A stretch of 64,000 nt of DNA from a bacterium (GCA_020444265.1 JAHLLH010000013.1:13340-77339), one strand, 5' to 3'. Positions 10,643-21,750 are shown, counted from the first letter of the stretch. Notes: generated from the letters alone by a model not told the origin. Program-made: numbers and translations.

Positions 10643-10683
10643 GCGCGGCAGGCCTGTCCACGGGAATGCCGCGTTTTTCTTTT
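10643..10683 (+). terminator. Probable intrinsic terminator or attenuator between the YfiR-like gene and the MCP
   Basis: GCGCGGCA...TGCCGCGT stem followed by TTTTCTTTT. Confidence 0.6.
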
Positions 10684-10860
10684 GCGACAAATACGAAAGT
10701 TTTCGGAAAGCTGGCCGATAGACTGAACAGAAACAACATTTTCGTACTGTATGCTTCAGCCCCATCGGGGCAGGTCAATTCATCACACTTCCTTCTGCCT
10801 TGACCCGCAGATCTTTCGGAATTTTATCATTCGTTCACTGCCTGATTGAGGAGGTACACT

Positions 10861-13182
10861 GTGTCAGGTCTTTCGTTTAAAGCGAAGCTCACGTCACTAA
10901 TCATCGTGATCGGTGTTTTAATGGTTCTTCTGTTGACGTTTTTCGCACCCTATGAGGCACGTCAACTTGGTAACACCCTCCTCCGTCAGAACGCACGATT
11001 CATCGGTGACCTGCTGAGTGAGAACCTGGCCCTGGGTATCCAGACCATGGTCTTTGACGAGGGGGCCAGCATCCGTGATGCGCTCGCGATGGTCCAGGCG
11101 GATGATGGTGAAGATGGGACCGTACTTATCTCGAAAGTGAGGGTATACGATGAGAACCTGCAGTTCCTCGATGGGTTAAATACCGGCGCCGCAACCGAAA
11201 CAGATCGTGCCAGACCGGAAGAGATCACCTTCTTCGATGCGAGCGACCACCTGACCCTCTGGATGCCGATCAATGATACGGATATGGAGGTACTGGGCTA
11301 TCTCGAACTGTCCTTCTCCAAGCAGGTCCTGTCCTCCGCTACTCGCAGCAACACAATCCTCTCGGTCATGATTAGTGTTGCTGTCTTTATCATTGTGCTC
11401 ATCGTCAGCATGATTGTCATCCGTCAAATCGTCAAACAGCTCAAATCACTCGCCCGTGCAGCGGAGCAGGTCGCGGACGGCGCAACCGACGTGACAATTC
11501 GAATCAACTCAAACGATGAGATCGGGCAGGTGGGAGATTCCTTCCGACGGGTGGTGGACCAGATGAAGGAGAAGGCGGATGTTGCCTATGAATTTGCGAA
11601 CGGCAACCTCGATGTGGATGTCCGTGCCGCCTCGGACCGTGACGTACTTGGCAAGGCGATGCTGACGATGAAAGCGAGCCTGCGTGACCTGCAGAGCGAA
11701 TTGGGCAAGGCGATCAGCGGCCAGCAGGAAGGCGACATTGATGCCTACTGCGATCCCAGCCGCTTCCGTGGCGCGTATGCAAAAATCGCTGAAGGTGTCA
11801 ACGGCGCATTGATGGCGGTTACTCAGCCGATTATGGACGTTTCAAAGCTATTGGAAGAGTACGCCAAGGGCGATCTTGAAAAAGAGATGCGTTCCCTGCC
11901 TGGCAAGCAGCAGGTCTTGTCCGACAGCATCAACCAGATTCGCACCAACCTACGCGATCTGGTCGGGGAAAGCACCACCCTGGTGCGTGCGGCACGGGAA
12001 GGCAACCTCACAGTCCGCGGCAATGCAGTCCGCTTCGAAGGCGACTACGGTTCCCTGATCGAGGGCATGAACGCCATCCTCGAGAATATCGCATCCCCGT
12101 TGCACGAGCTCGTTGACCTCCTGCGGGAGATTTCCGAAGGCAACATGCAGGTCCATTCCGAAGGAAAATATTCGGGTGAATTTGATTCAATGATGCGTGC
12201 TCTGGATAATACCGCAAGTTCGCTAAACAGCATCCTGGGACGTGTTTCCGCAGCGGTTGACCAGGTAGCATCCGGCGCCAATCAGGTCTCGAGGACCAGT
12301 AATTCCCTGTCACAAAGTGCCTCCACCCAGGCCAGTTCCCTCGAGCAGCTTTCCGCCACTATCGCGGAGATCGAAGGGCAGACCACGCACAACGCGGACA
12401 ACGCTCAGCAGGCAGACAAGCTGGTCAAGGTGACTCGCGGCAGTGCGGAGGAAGGCAACCAGCAGATGCAGCAGATGCTGCAAGCGATGGAAGAGATCAA
12501 CAGCTCCTCCGAGGAAGTGTCCAAAATCATCAAGGCAATCGATGAAATCGCCTTCCAGACCAATTTACTGGCGTTGAACGCGGCGGTGGAAGCGGCTCGT
12601 GCCGGGGTGCATGGCAAGGGCTTCGCAGTGGTTGCCGAAGAGGTCCGAAACCTCGCCCAACGCAGTGCGAAAGCAGCGCAGGAGACCACGGTCCTGATCG
12701 AAGGATCCATCGAGCGTGTGACTCGCGGAACCAACATAGCCAACCAGACGGCGAAGGCGCTCGGCGAAATGGTAGAGGGAATTCAGAAGGTGACCGATCT
12801 GGTGGGAGAAATCGCAAACGCCTCCAACGAACAAGCCAGCGGCATCGGACAGGTCAACCAGACATTGACTCAGCTCGATACGATCACCCAATCGAATGCC
12901 GCCAGTGCTGAAGAAAGCGCCGCCGCCGCCCAGGAGCTCAGCAGCCAATCCGAAGAGCTGCGACGGATGCTGGATCGTTTCCAGCTCGATGTGGACCAGG
13001 CGGGTCAATTCGAGCAGCCACGTCTGGCCAGCAGCCAGCCACAGGAAAGAAAGAAACCTTCCGGGACAAAAGCCTACTCGAGCGAAGAAGATCGCAGGCA
13101 AGAAAGTGCGCCCAAGCAGTCCAAAGAAGTCCGTCCCGACGACATCATTTCCTTTGACGATGAGGACTTCGACAACTTCTAA
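10861..13182 (+). CDS. Methyl-accepting chemotaxis protein with poly-HAMP region
   Basis: GAGGAGG RBS before GTG at 10861; two TMs; repeated HAMP units; [40 protein letters not shown] signalling hairpin; C-terminal DFDNF pentapeptide. Confidence 0.96.
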   Translation: MSGLSFKAKLTSLIIVIGVLMVLLLTFFAPYEARQLGNTLLRQNARFIGDLLSENLALGIQTMVFDEGASIRDALAMVQADDGEDGTVLISKVRVYDENLQFLDGLNTGAATETDRARPEEITFFDASDHLTLWMPINDTDMEVLGYLELSFSKQVLSSATRSNTILSVMISVAVFIIVLIVSMIVIRQIVKQLKSLARAAEQVADGATDVTIRINSNDEIGQVGDSFRRVVDQMKEKADVAYEFANGNLDVDVRAASDRDVLGKAMLTMKASLRDLQSELGKAISGQQEGDIDAYCDPSRFRGAYAKIAEGVNGALMAVTQPIMDVSKLLEEYAKGDLEKEMRSLPGKQQVLSDSINQIRTNLRDLVGESTTLVRAAREGNLTVRGNAVRFEGDYGSLIEGMNAILENIASPLHELVDLLREISEGNMQVHSEGKYSGEFDSMMRALDNTASSLNSILGRVSAAVDQVASGANQVSRTSNSLSQSASTQASSLEQLSATIAEIEGQTTHNADNAQQADKLVKVTRGSAEEGNQQMQQMLQAMEEINSSSEEVSKIIKAIDEIAFQTNLLALNAAVEAARAGVHGKGFAVVAEEVRNLAQRSAKAAQETTVLIEGSIERVTRGTNIANQTAKALGEMVEGIQKVTDLVGEIANASNEQASGIGQVNQTLTQLDTITQSNAASAEESAAAAQELSSQSEELRRMLDRFQLDVDQAGQFEQPRLASSQPQERKKPSGTKAYSSEEDRRQESAPKQSKEVRPDDIISFDDEDFDNF

Positions 13183-13208
13183 GCTGTTTCTGATCCACGC
13201 ATCTTCAT

Positions 13209-13241
13209 GACCCGGGCAATCCCAATTGTCCGGGTCTCTTT
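13209..13241 (+). terminator. Intrinsic terminator of the MCP gene
   Basis: GACCCGGGCAAT-CCCA-ATTGTCCGGGTC followed by TCTTT. Confidence 0.8.
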
Positions 13242-13293
13242 ACGTTACGAGGCACCCAGACAACTGAACGAGTGACCTTCTCCATCTCTCAGC

Positions 13294-13324
13294 AAAAAAG
13301 AAACCCGGGCAACAAATGCCCGGG
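13294..13324 (-). terminator. Intrinsic terminator of the FecR-fusion gene
   Basis: CCCGGGCA/TGCCCGGG stem with TTTCTTTTTT on the minus strand. Confidence 0.8.
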
Positions 13325-13350
13325 CCATGAAATCAGCATCAAAGGTGTGA

Positions 13351-15441
13351 TCAGAAGCGGAAGACTGTCTCGACCGTCATAATCTTGTTCGGCTCGCCGT
13401 TTCGGTAGATCGTCTTGTTATCGTAGACAATCAACAGGCCGGCAGCCATCTCGAATCCGACACGATAGCCCAGGGTGGTCCCGTCCGCCTTGGTGTCGAA
13501 GATGTTATCCGCTTGCGGCTGCTGATAGTAAGCCTCCGCCAATCCAAGCTTTGGGATCGGGGTGGCATTCAGCGAGGCCTTCGCATAGAGCGACTTGTTG
13601 GGGGTTTTCACCTGGACCGAATCGACAGCAGGATTGTAGCTGGGATCATCATAACTCATCTGCTGGTAGGCCGCGTAGACATCAAGAAGGTTCGAGAAGG
13701 TGAAGCCCGCATCGGCGTAAATACCAGAGGCTGAAGGCCGTCCAGCCAGTTGCGACTTCTTGGTCACGTAGGCACTGTCCGCTTCGCTCCAGACAACACG
13801 TTCCACTTCATACCCGAGGTTGAAAAATTCGGGCATGAATTCCTTCTCGAAGATGCGATACTCTGCACCGGCACGGAACGGCCCGAGATTAAACGAAACA
13901 CCTGGTACCGAGTAACCGCGTCCAAAGTCGACAATCTGCGCCATCTGCGTGTAAACCCAGAGGTTCATTCGTTCGGAGCGGATGATCGGTACGCCGACAT
14001 CCACGCCCCAGATCGACACATTCTGCTCCAGATCGCCGATATTCGGCGCAGGATGCAGGATGTCTGGAATGTCGCCGGAAAGGATCAGTTGATCGATCTG
14101 GTTCGGGGTCAGCAGCCCCTCGAGATAGCTGATGGCATCGCCATCATGGCGATCTGGGAACTGGTCAAAAGCATTGGGCACGCCATCATCATCCGTATCC
14201 TTCGCTCCGAGATAGAGGTTGCCATCAAAGGCCGCTGTCGCGCCTGCGACCACAGGCAGACCAAGGCGCGTTTCATAGGTCGCTCGAGCCGCCAACAGGC
14301 CAGGGCTCTGGACTTCGCGGAAGTTGTTGAGCAGGAACTGAACACCCAGTTTCTCGCCCTGCCCACCAGTATGCAGACCAATACGCTTCACCTGCGGCCA
14401 TTCGATCGCGTTTGAGTAACGACGCATGATCATACCAAAACCAAGCGTCACATTGTCCAGCGATCCGACACGGGCGAAGAAGGGATCGCCGGGCAGGCCA
14501 TAGCGCAGGTAGTAAATCTTGTCAATGGCGTCCGCGCCCGAGTCCCAATCCTCCTCACGAAGGTTGCCATCGGCATCGAAGTAAAGCGACAAGTCCAGTC
14601 CAATGCCCCACTTGCCGAAGTGGATATCCGGACGGAGGCTGAAGAACTGGTAGGTTTCGCCATCGATCACTGCGGCACCAACCGCACCGTTCATCGAAAG
14701 ACCTGTGCCGCCTCCGGCACTTGCCTCCTCAACATCCCCTTCCTGCCCCGGACCTCCAGGGGGTGCTCCACCTGTGCCGCCGGGTGCGCCCGGCATGTCA
14801 TCCGGTCCCATTCCACCCTGCGGAGGGCTTTCATCCCAGTCTGGAACCGTTGTTTCTGGAGTCAGCTCACCGCTGGTCATCTCACCTGAAACAGTGGAAT
14901 AAGCCGTATACCCCTGTCCAACCTGAATCGTTTGACCAGTCACCAGGTTGGTCAGCTCGACCACCCCCTCGAGGGTAATCAGGGTGGTATTGCCATCGGG
15001 ATCGACCAGCAGCCAGTATTCGGTTCCCTTCACTGACGCTACAGATGTCGGGGTCGAAATTTGGATCGCCCCCTTCTGCTTCTTGACATCGTTGAAGAGT
15101 TCGCCAACTTCAAGAGTCACACGTTTCAGAATTGAATTATCGTCCTGCCGTTCCCCGAAAAGTGTGAGGCGGGTATTCGGGCGCATTTTCAGCTGCGATC
15201 CGTCATCGGTGAACGCCATCGCAGCAAAACCTGCTTCACCCGTGCGAACCTGTGTGCTATCGTAGAGAACGGTCCCGAATTTCAGTGGTGTCCAAGAAGT
15301 ATCGGCGAGAGAGTAATCTGCAGGACCTTTGGTGACGAGTGTTAAGGCGATGACATCATCATCCGCAGCGCTGGCTGGGTTCATCCAGCTAAGCAACAGA
15401 ATGCAAATGAGTGCGCCTGAAAAGAACAAACGCTTGGACAT
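13351..15441 (-). CDS. Secreted FecR-domain protein fused to a probable outer-membrane beta-barrel domain
   Basis: Signal peptide; FecR motifs (VRTGEAG..AFTDDGSQLKM, ISTPTSVASVKGTEY, LEGVVEL); Pro/Gly linker; amphipathic C-terminal domain ending VETVFRF; GGGAGG RBS. Confidence 0.75.
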   Translation of the reverse strand: MSKRLFFSGALICILLLSWMNPASAADDDVIALTLVTKGPADYSLADTSWTPLKFGTVLYDSTQVRTGEAGFAAMAFTDDGSQLKMRPNTRLTLFGERQDDNSILKRVTLEVGELFNDVKKQKGAIQISTPTSVASVKGTEYWLLVDPDGNTTLITLEGVVELTNLVTGQTIQVGQGYTAYSTVSGEMTSGELTPETTVPDWDESPPQGGMGPDDMPGAPGGTGGAPPGGPGQEGDVEEASAGGGTGLSMNGAVGAAVIDGETYQFFSLRPDIHFGKWGIGLDLSLYFDADGNLREEDWDSGADAIDKIYYLRYGLPGDPFFARVGSLDNVTLGFGMIMRRYSNAIEWPQVKRIGLHTGGQGEKLGVQFLLNNFREVQSPGLLAARATYETRLGLPVVAGATAAFDGNLYLGAKDTDDDGVPNAFDQFPDRHDGDAISYLEGLLTPNQIDQLILSGDIPDILHPAPNIGDLEQNVSIWGVDVGVPIIRSERMNLWVYTQMAQIVDFGRGYSVPGVSFNLGPFRAGAEYRIFEKEFMPEFFNLGYEVERVVWSEADSAYVTKKSQLAGRPSASGIYADAGFTFSNLLDVYAAYQQMSYDDPSYNPAVDSVQVKTPNKSLYAKASLNATPIPKLGLAEAYYQQPQADNIFDTKADGTTLGYRVGFEMAAGLLIVYDNKTIYRNGEPNKIMTVETVFRF

Positions 15442-15616
15442 GGCAGCCTCCCCTTATCCCGCATGATTGGTGCATCTGGCCGTCATAGTACATCGAGCTC
15501 CACCCCGAATGGTGGCCCGAAACGCAATCTCTGGAAAAAGATACGACGATGAGGTGACAACAGTCACCCAATCAATAAAAAATCTTGAACCTTGGCAATG
15601 TTGCGTCCAGTCTCCT

Positions 15617-17419
15617 TTAGAAGGCCTGGCCGATGCTGAAGTAAACCTTGTACGAATCCTCGCCGGGTAAGGGGTCCACGTTCAACCCAAGATCAACACG
15701 TGCCAGGCCAATTGGTGAATCGACACGCAAACCAACACCCGGGGAGTAACGCAGGTCAACAGGGTCAAAATCGGATGTACTGGCCCAGACATTACCCATG
15801 TCGAAAAAGAGGGCCGCGCCAAACCATTTGTAGATCGTGCGTCGGGCTTCGATGAGGTTGGCGACGAGCAGGACACGGCCACCGATCGGATTACGGTTCG
15901 GATCAAGCGGGCCGACTTTCTGGTAGTCAAAGCCACGCAGGTTGTTGGGACCACCTGCGTAATAGCGTTCGTTCAACGGAATGGCGGTTAAACCACCACC
16001 TGTCGAGTTCATCCACCCCGCCTGCATGCCCGTTGCGAAAACTGTTTTAGTTCCCCATGGCAGGTAATAGCGACCTGTAACTCCCGTTCTCACAAAAGTG
16101 TTCGTCCCCTCGAGAAATGCCCCGGCCAATTCATTGGACCACTCGAGGAACGAGCCACGTTTCGGGTTAAAGAGGTTGTCTCGTGTGTCAAGCAGGACAC
16201 TTTGACGGAACGAACGGATACGAGTATCGAGCTCCTCTGGAATCTGCGCGACTCGCACATTTCTCAACAGGGAGGTTTCGTGACGATAGGTAAAAGTGAT
16301 TCGTGATTTTTTCAGGAAGACATGACCAACCGTCAGCCTGCCACCCGTGGTATAGATCTCATAGCCGGGTTCCTTTTTGTACAGTGTTGAAACCGAGAAG
16401 TCGGTTCGCCAGGGCGTGCCAAAAGTGTAGGGATCGGTGAACTGCCCTTCAACGGCTCGATGGATCAAGCTTAGCCGCCCCGTCATACCGATCTTGCGTG
16501 CTGTCCCCGCCAGGTTCGTGTTGAAGAGTTCCAGCTTGCCTCGCAGCCGTTCCAACGACCCGTATCCCGCTGCCACACTGAACTCTTTCGGCAGATTTTC
16601 ACGAACCTCAACAACTACATCCTTTAAGGTCGAGTCCTGCGATTGAGGGACAACCGGACGGACAAAGACCGACTGAAAAAGACCCGTCAGGTAAAGGTTT
16701 CGCTGAGTCTGGAGCAGCTTGGAATAGACGACTGTCTGGCCCGATTTAAACCGTAACTCTCGTCGAACAACATTGTGTCGGGTGATTTCATTGCCCTCGA
16801 ACCGAATTTCTCCAATCGTATACTGTTTCGCCTCATGAATGTTGAAGTCGATCAGCGCAAGGTGAGCAACCGAATCCACACGTACATCCGGTTCCACCGT
16901 TGCATCGAGGTAGCCTCGATCCGCGTACATCCGCAATATGGAGACATTCGCATTGTCGTTTTTACGTCGGACCAGGGGGTCGCCCACCTTGATCTTGATA
17001 CGTGCCAGCAGGCTGTCATCGGGGATAATTTCGTTCCCGAACATCGTGATCCCCTCGATCCGTGTCAGATTCCCTTCACGCACCTTGAGGGTGATCGTCA
17101 CCTTCATGTTGCTACTGTCCGTCTTCACCGTTGGTGGATCAAACGTCGCCTCGAGATAGCCATTGCTCTGGTAAAAATTGGTGAGCTGACGGATATCCTC
17201 GGTCAGGATTGAGCGATAGTAGTAGTACTTGTGGAAAATGGAAGAGGGGCGGGAGAGCATCACCTTGTAGAGTCGTGAGTCGGAAAAAGCCTCATTCCCT
17301 TCAATCTCGACTTCATCAATTACATACCGGCTGTCCGCCTTGACCGCCAGCGCCTCAGCCGAGCAGAGCATTATGAGAGTAAGGAAAAGGCTTGTCTTAA
17401 TCCATCTACCCCCGTTCAT
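15617..17419 (-). CDS. Omp85 family outer-membrane protein (TamA/BamA-like)
   Basis: About three POTRA repeats (IEGNEAFSD, FGNEIIPD, FEGNEITR), YYAGGPNNLRGF lid-lock motif, C-terminal FSIGQAF; ATGA overlap with tamB. Confidence 0.9.
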   Translation of the reverse strand: MNGGRWIKTSLFLTLIMLCSAEALAVKADSRYVIDEVEIEGNEAFSDSRLYKVMLSRPSSIFHKYYYYRSILTEDIRQLTNFYQSNGYLEATFDPPTVKTDSSNMKVTITLKVREGNLTRIEGITMFGNEIIPDDSLLARIKIKVGDPLVRRKNDNANVSILRMYADRGYLDATVEPDVRVDSVAHLALIDFNIHEAKQYTIGEIRFEGNEITRHNVVRRELRFKSGQTVVYSKLLQTQRNLYLTGLFQSVFVRPVVPQSQDSTLKDVVVEVRENLPKEFSVAAGYGSLERLRGKLELFNTNLAGTARKIGMTGRLSLIHRAVEGQFTDPYTFGTPWRTDFSVSTLYKKEPGYEIYTTGGRLTVGHVFLKKSRITFTYRHETSLLRNVRVAQIPEELDTRIRSFRQSVLLDTRDNLFNPKRGSFLEWSNELAGAFLEGTNTFVRTGVTGRYYLPWGTKTVFATGMQAGWMNSTGGGLTAIPLNERYYAGGPNNLRGFDYQKVGPLDPNRNPIGGRVLLVANLIEARRTIYKWFGAALFFDMGNVWASTSDFDPVDLRYSPGVGLRVDSPIGLARVDLGLNVDPLPGEDSYKVYFSIGQAF

Positions 17420-20400
17420 TTGAACCTCAGCTTGTAAATAAGGTCCAAGCCGGTCTGGCCCTGCTGGTCAGTCTGACCTTCCACAGAGAAATGCTCGGTA
17501 AGTTTGTAGTCGAGCTTGATGCCTTGTTCATTCATGTGGCCCACACGTGTTGTGTAGGTCACTTCCATTCGGTCTGTCAGTTTCTTTGAAGCGAGCAGCT
17601 GTGGCCCCCAGGAATTGCTGACGTTGAACAGGTTTCCTTCCACCGACATCTGCTCGAGCCCGAATGCGCTGCCCACCTTCCGGGAAACGTAGCCTGATAT
17701 CCGTTGGCTGGAGAGGTCCTCGGCACGTTGACGCAGAATATCGGCCATTGTTGTACCCGCACCACCCCGTCCGGCAATCTGCTCACGTGTTGCGCCCACA
17801 GTAAGAATTGAGATGATATCCGATTCCGACAACGGCGGATCGGAAGTCAGGCTCACCTGTGCCTGATCCACAGGTCCCTGGATGTTGAGGGTAATTGTAT
17901 AGGCCTTACCGTCAACGGTCTGGTATGCCTTTAACACACTCCTGGCCGTCAACTCAACTATGGGATTGATACGGTTGGGATCGATAAAGTCGAGGACACC
18001 ATTCTCGACTTTAAATTTCCGGTCGAGAAAGAGCACATAGCCCTCCTCCACCACCACTCGACCGTTCATCGATATCTGTTCGAGGGTACCGAGAAATGCC
18101 ACATCCAGATTAGCCCGCAGCCGTGCAAGGTTATTGTCCATCCAGACATTGTTGCTCTCTCGCACACGCACGTTCAAATCAAGACGCTGCAGAAGATTGG
18201 GGAGTTCGGATTGGACTCGGTCGTTCCCCTGAACCACGCCGAGAAGTTCGGAGGTCTGGAGACGACGTTGGTAGATTGTTTCGCCGAGATAGAGATCGCC
18301 ATCCAATTCGAAACGATCCCCGTTGGACGCCAGGTTGAGCTCCCCATTGTCCAGGGTAAAAATGAACCAGCCCGGCTTCCTCACCTGCAGGTTGTTTCCT
18401 GTCGCTTTCATCCGAACGTCATGGATCTTTCCATCCTCATGGCCGAAATCTCCACGTGCGAGGAAGTTGCCCTGGTCAAGGGCGAAGGCAAGGGTATCAA
18501 GGTGGACACGCTTTCTGTTGAAATTGAGCTTGACGGTCCCCTTGGTGAAAGCTTGATCCATCCCGCTCGGTTGGACCGTAAGACCGCGGATCAGGATATG
18601 GCCATCGATGTTCGGATTTTTCGTTGGTCCCTGGACCACAAGGGTGGAGCGCAGTAAGCCCTGCAGCCGTTTCACACCGGGAGTGAACGCCTGTAGCATC
18701 GACATGTTCAGCCCGCGCGTGGTCATTCTCATCCGGATGGATTCGCTGGTGAATTCACCCTCGCCGGCAACCACTTCACGATTTTCCACCAGCAGCTTAT
18801 ACTGTGTGCTGAACTCCAGCCAGTCCCGTTGCAGCAGCCTGCCCCGCAAATCAAGGTGTGCTTCCCCGATTACCCCCCGAAGGGAATCAATCGTCAACAA
18901 CGTGTCATTCAGGACTGCACCCAGGTTGACCTGTTTGATTTCCGGCGAATCAGGACTGATCCGGAATCGCCCCCCTCGAACCGTCAACCTGCCCCGAAGC
19001 CTCGGCTTACCAAGGGTGCCATTCATGGCGAGGGAGTAATTGGTGATCCCTGCTTTGATTGGATCGTTCGCGAGGAAGGGGTTCATTAGAAGCATGTCGA
19101 TGTTGTTCGCTTCGGACCGCCCTTCCAATTTGCTGCCGCGATTGATTATCGGTGTACCATCCTCCGCATGGGTCAACCCGATCTTTAGGGAAACGAAGGA
19201 GTGGTTCTCACCAAGGAAAAGCTCAAGGTTTCGCAAGTTGAGTAGTTTTGAGTCGAGCTGGATGTCCCCACGCATCGAATCCATGCCAACGGTCTGGTAT
19301 CGGGGACGATTTATCGTAAACCGCAATTCGCCATCCGGATCTTCCAAGCTGCCAAAGAAACTGGATTCGAACGAGGCTTCCCCGGAAATGTCCGGTGCGC
19401 TTTCTCCCATGCAAAGCAGGTTTTCGATTTGAATCTGCTGAGCTTCGAGGGCGAGGATGATGTTCTTCAGATCATCCAACTCGAACCAGGAGGAGGCAGT
19501 CCCTACCGGGATGTAGTCTGAAGGCGGGATCTTTTCCGCTGCGGGAATACGTCCAGCTGGATCGAGTGATGCAAGCTTCGACTGCGGAATCGAATAAAAA
19601 GCAAGATCAGCGCTGCCGGATCGGACAGGAAGGTCATACGTACCCGTAGCACGAATCAGCAGGGAATCACGCGCGACCTGGAGTCTATCTACTTGTAAGA
19701 TTGTATCCTTGATACTCGCCTGTAAGTGCGCAGCATCCACATGGTAGCCGTAGACCACAGGTTCACCGAAGTAGGCCTTAATTGATCCGGTCGGGTTTTC
19801 CGGGGAACCGTGCAGTCTGATCTCGTAGCTAAAGGTGCCCTCGATGTTTTCCTGGTGAAAGGGGGGACGGAGCGGGTCAATTCTTGTCGGATGAGCAATG
19901 GCGACACTCTCGCCAAGCTGGATCGTGCCGTTGTCGTAGAGTACGCTGCCGTGCACCGAATCGACAGGAAAATCCTGAAAGACAAGGTTCGACCCATCGA
20001 ACGATGCGTCAATCACTGGCGCATCCACCCGACCTTTGATGGTCCCTTCCAGTGTCAGACGGCCTGTCAATTCAGAGACGTTGACCAGATCAACCAACGG
20101 TCCAAGTTCACTGATGCGGAAGGTGAACTCCCCATCGAGTACCCGCCGTGCAAAGCGAAGGCGCAGTGCCAGGTTCGAGTTGGCCTGCTGAATATTCAGG
20201 TTCGCAACACCCTTGTGCGAGCTACCAATCGCGGTAAAATCTGGCAAAGGTTGTGCCTTGTATTTCACCCGCTCCATGGCCAGGTTGCCTCGGACGTCCA
20301 TCAACCGCGGACGCAACAAGGGACCCTGCGAGGTCAGCCCGCCACGGATCACCCCACGATAGGGTGCCTGTTCATGGTAGAGGTTGGACCAGGCATCGCC

Positions 20401-21501
20401 CAGGTTGACTGATTCGAGTTGGATGTCCAGCGCATGGGTCAGCAAACTGTCAATCAGCAGCGACCCACTCATCGCAATTTTACCCTGCGCATAGTTGGAA
20501 CGGAAGGATTTGATTTGCAGCGTCTTATGCTGATAAATCGCTGACAGACTACCTTGTTTCAAGGTCGCCCCGGGAAAGTCGAGGCTGGGATAACTGACCT
20601 GGCCCACCATACGAGGATTGGCTAGGGTTCCATCGAGCTGAACCCGCATGGTCAACTGACCCTTGATCGGGGCGACCGCACTGGTTAAGAGGTGATCAAA
20701 CTGACGGGACAATGGCTCGGGTGTACCCTCTATCTGGACAACAGCCTGCAATGGGGCCGGCTTGTCCCCCCAACCAAAACCACCTTCAGCTTCGACACGG
20801 AATCCGGGAATATCAAAGAAGAGAGTGTCGAGATGGAGACGGTCCGGGGCGACATATCCCTCCGAGATCAACTCGTTCAGTTCGAGGGGAACCTCCTCAT
20901 AGTTCCCGTTGACCTTCGTAATCTTCAAGCCAAAATGCCACAATTCGGACTGGATGAGAGTGACCGAAGCATCCACCCCATCGAGCGATCCGGTCAATGG
21001 GATACGATCATCGGCATAGATGGCGGAACCACCATTGAGCAGGACCTGTTCCAACCTCAGATCAAAACCGCCTCCCCCCTCGCTCGAATCCGGTTCTTGC
21101 CCGGTTGTCCGATCGGGAGGTGCCAGCAGGAAGCGGCCTGCTGAATCACGGCGTAGATCAATCCTCAGGCTATCGAGATGGATCGCATCGATCTGAAGCT
21201 TCCGATCAAACAGTCCAAAAAGGCGATAGTTGATCAGCGCCTGGTCAAGGCTCAGCAGAGTTTGTGCCGCGGTGGTGGAATCATTACGGATCGTGATTTG
21301 CTTGAGTTGAAGACGGCTCAGCAGGTTGGTCTCCAACCGTCCGATTTCCACCGGATGGCCGAGTTGTTCGGTCAGCAGTTTCTGGCCCTGGAGACGAAGC
21401 AAACGTTCGCCTGGAGCGGTTGTGAGAAAGAGCACGGCCATCCCGGCAAGGGCGAGCAAGATCAAGAGCAAGCCTCCAACCCAGGACAGCAGTCGTTTCA
21501 C
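17416..21501 (-). CDS. tamB: Translocation and assembly module TamB (AsmA/DUF490 family)
   Basis: N-terminal TM anchor, long beta-taco repeats, LTSDPPLSESDIISIL motif, C-terminal GLDLIYKLRFK. GTG start at 21501 chosen for its GGAGGAG RBS. Confidence 0.85.
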   Translation of the reverse strand: MKRLLSWVGGLLLILLALAGMAVLFLTTAPGERLLRLQGQKLLTEQLGHPVEIGRLETNLLSRLQLKQITIRNDSTTAAQTLLSLDQALINYRLFGLFDRKLQIDAIHLDSLRIDLRRDSAGRFLLAPPDRTTGQEPDSSEGGGGFDLRLEQVLLNGGSAIYADDRIPLTGSLDGVDASVTLIQSELWHFGLKITKVNGNYEEVPLELNELISEGYVAPDRLHLDTLFFDIPGFRVEAEGGFGWGDKPAPLQAVVQIEGTPEPLSRQFDHLLTSAVAPIKGQLTMRVQLDGTLANPRMVGQVSYPSLDFPGATLKQGSLSAIYQHKTLQIKSFRSNYAQGKIAMSGSLLIDSLLTHALDIQLESVNLGDAWSNLYHEQAPYRGVIRGGLTSQGPLLRPRLMDVRGNLAMERVKYKAQPLPDFTAIGSSHKGVANLNIQQANSNLALRLRFARRVLDGEFTFRISELGPLVDLVNVSELTGRLTLEGTIKGRVDAPVIDASFDGSNLVFQDFPVDSVHGSVLYDNGTIQLGESVAIAHPTRIDPLRPPFHQENIEGTFSYEIRLHGSPENPTGSIKAYFGEPVVYGYHVDAAHLQASIKDTILQVDRLQVARDSLLIRATGTYDLPVRSGSADLAFYSIPQSKLASLDPAGRIPAAEKIPPSDYIPVGTASSWFELDDLKNIILALEAQQIQIENLLCMGESAPDISGEASFESSFFGSLEDPDGELRFTINRPRYQTVGMDSMRGDIQLDSKLLNLRNLELFLGENHSFVSLKIGLTHAEDGTPIINRGSKLEGRSEANNIDMLLMNPFLANDPIKAGITNYSLAMNGTLGKPRLRGRLTVRGGRFRISPDSPEIKQVNLGAVLNDTLLTIDSLRGVIGEAHLDLRGRLLQRDWLEFSTQYKLLVENREVVAGEGEFTSESIRMRMTTRGLNMSMLQAFTPGVKRLQGLLRSTLVVQGPTKNPNIDGHILIRGLTVQPSGMDQAFTKGTVKLNFNRKRVHLDTLAFALDQGNFLARGDFGHEDGKIHDVRMKATGNNLQVRKPGWFIFTLDNGELNLASNGDRFELDGDLYLGETIYQRRLQTSELLGVVQGNDRVQSELPNLLQRLDLNVRVRESNNVWMDNNLARLRANLDVAFLGTLEQISMNGRVVVEEGYVLFLDRKFKVENGVLDFIDPNRINPIVELTARSVLKAYQTVDGKAYTITLNIQGPVDQAQVSLTSDPPLSESDIISILTVGATREQIAGRGGAGTTMADILRQRAEDLSSQRISGYVSRKVGSAFGLEQMSVEGNLFNVSNSWGPQLLASKKLTDRMEVTYTTRVGHMNEQGIKLDYKLTEHFSVEGQTDQQGQTGLDLIYKLRFK

Positions 21502-21750
21502 ACACTCCTCCATGATTGGTCGATCTAGCAACAGGCGAGATGGATTCCCCCGGACGGAAAATCCCCAGAAATGATCTACTACATCTCTCTCAGCACGTGA
21601 GAACCAACAGGATGTTCCATCAACCGGAAGGTACCGTCAGAGAATAAGGAGCCGAGTGGGGCCTCGTCCACGGAGAGTCACGACTACTGAAACTTTTTCT
21701 GCCTGTATCCCCGTACTGATAAAGTCGATTCCAGACCGATGGAGAACGCG

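Noticed and set aside
13209-13324. Recurring CCCGGG(CAA) hairpins (also at 42937 and 46963) as one repeat family
   Set aside because: Most are explained as GC-rich terminators after stop codons, and the shared core is too short to support common origin.
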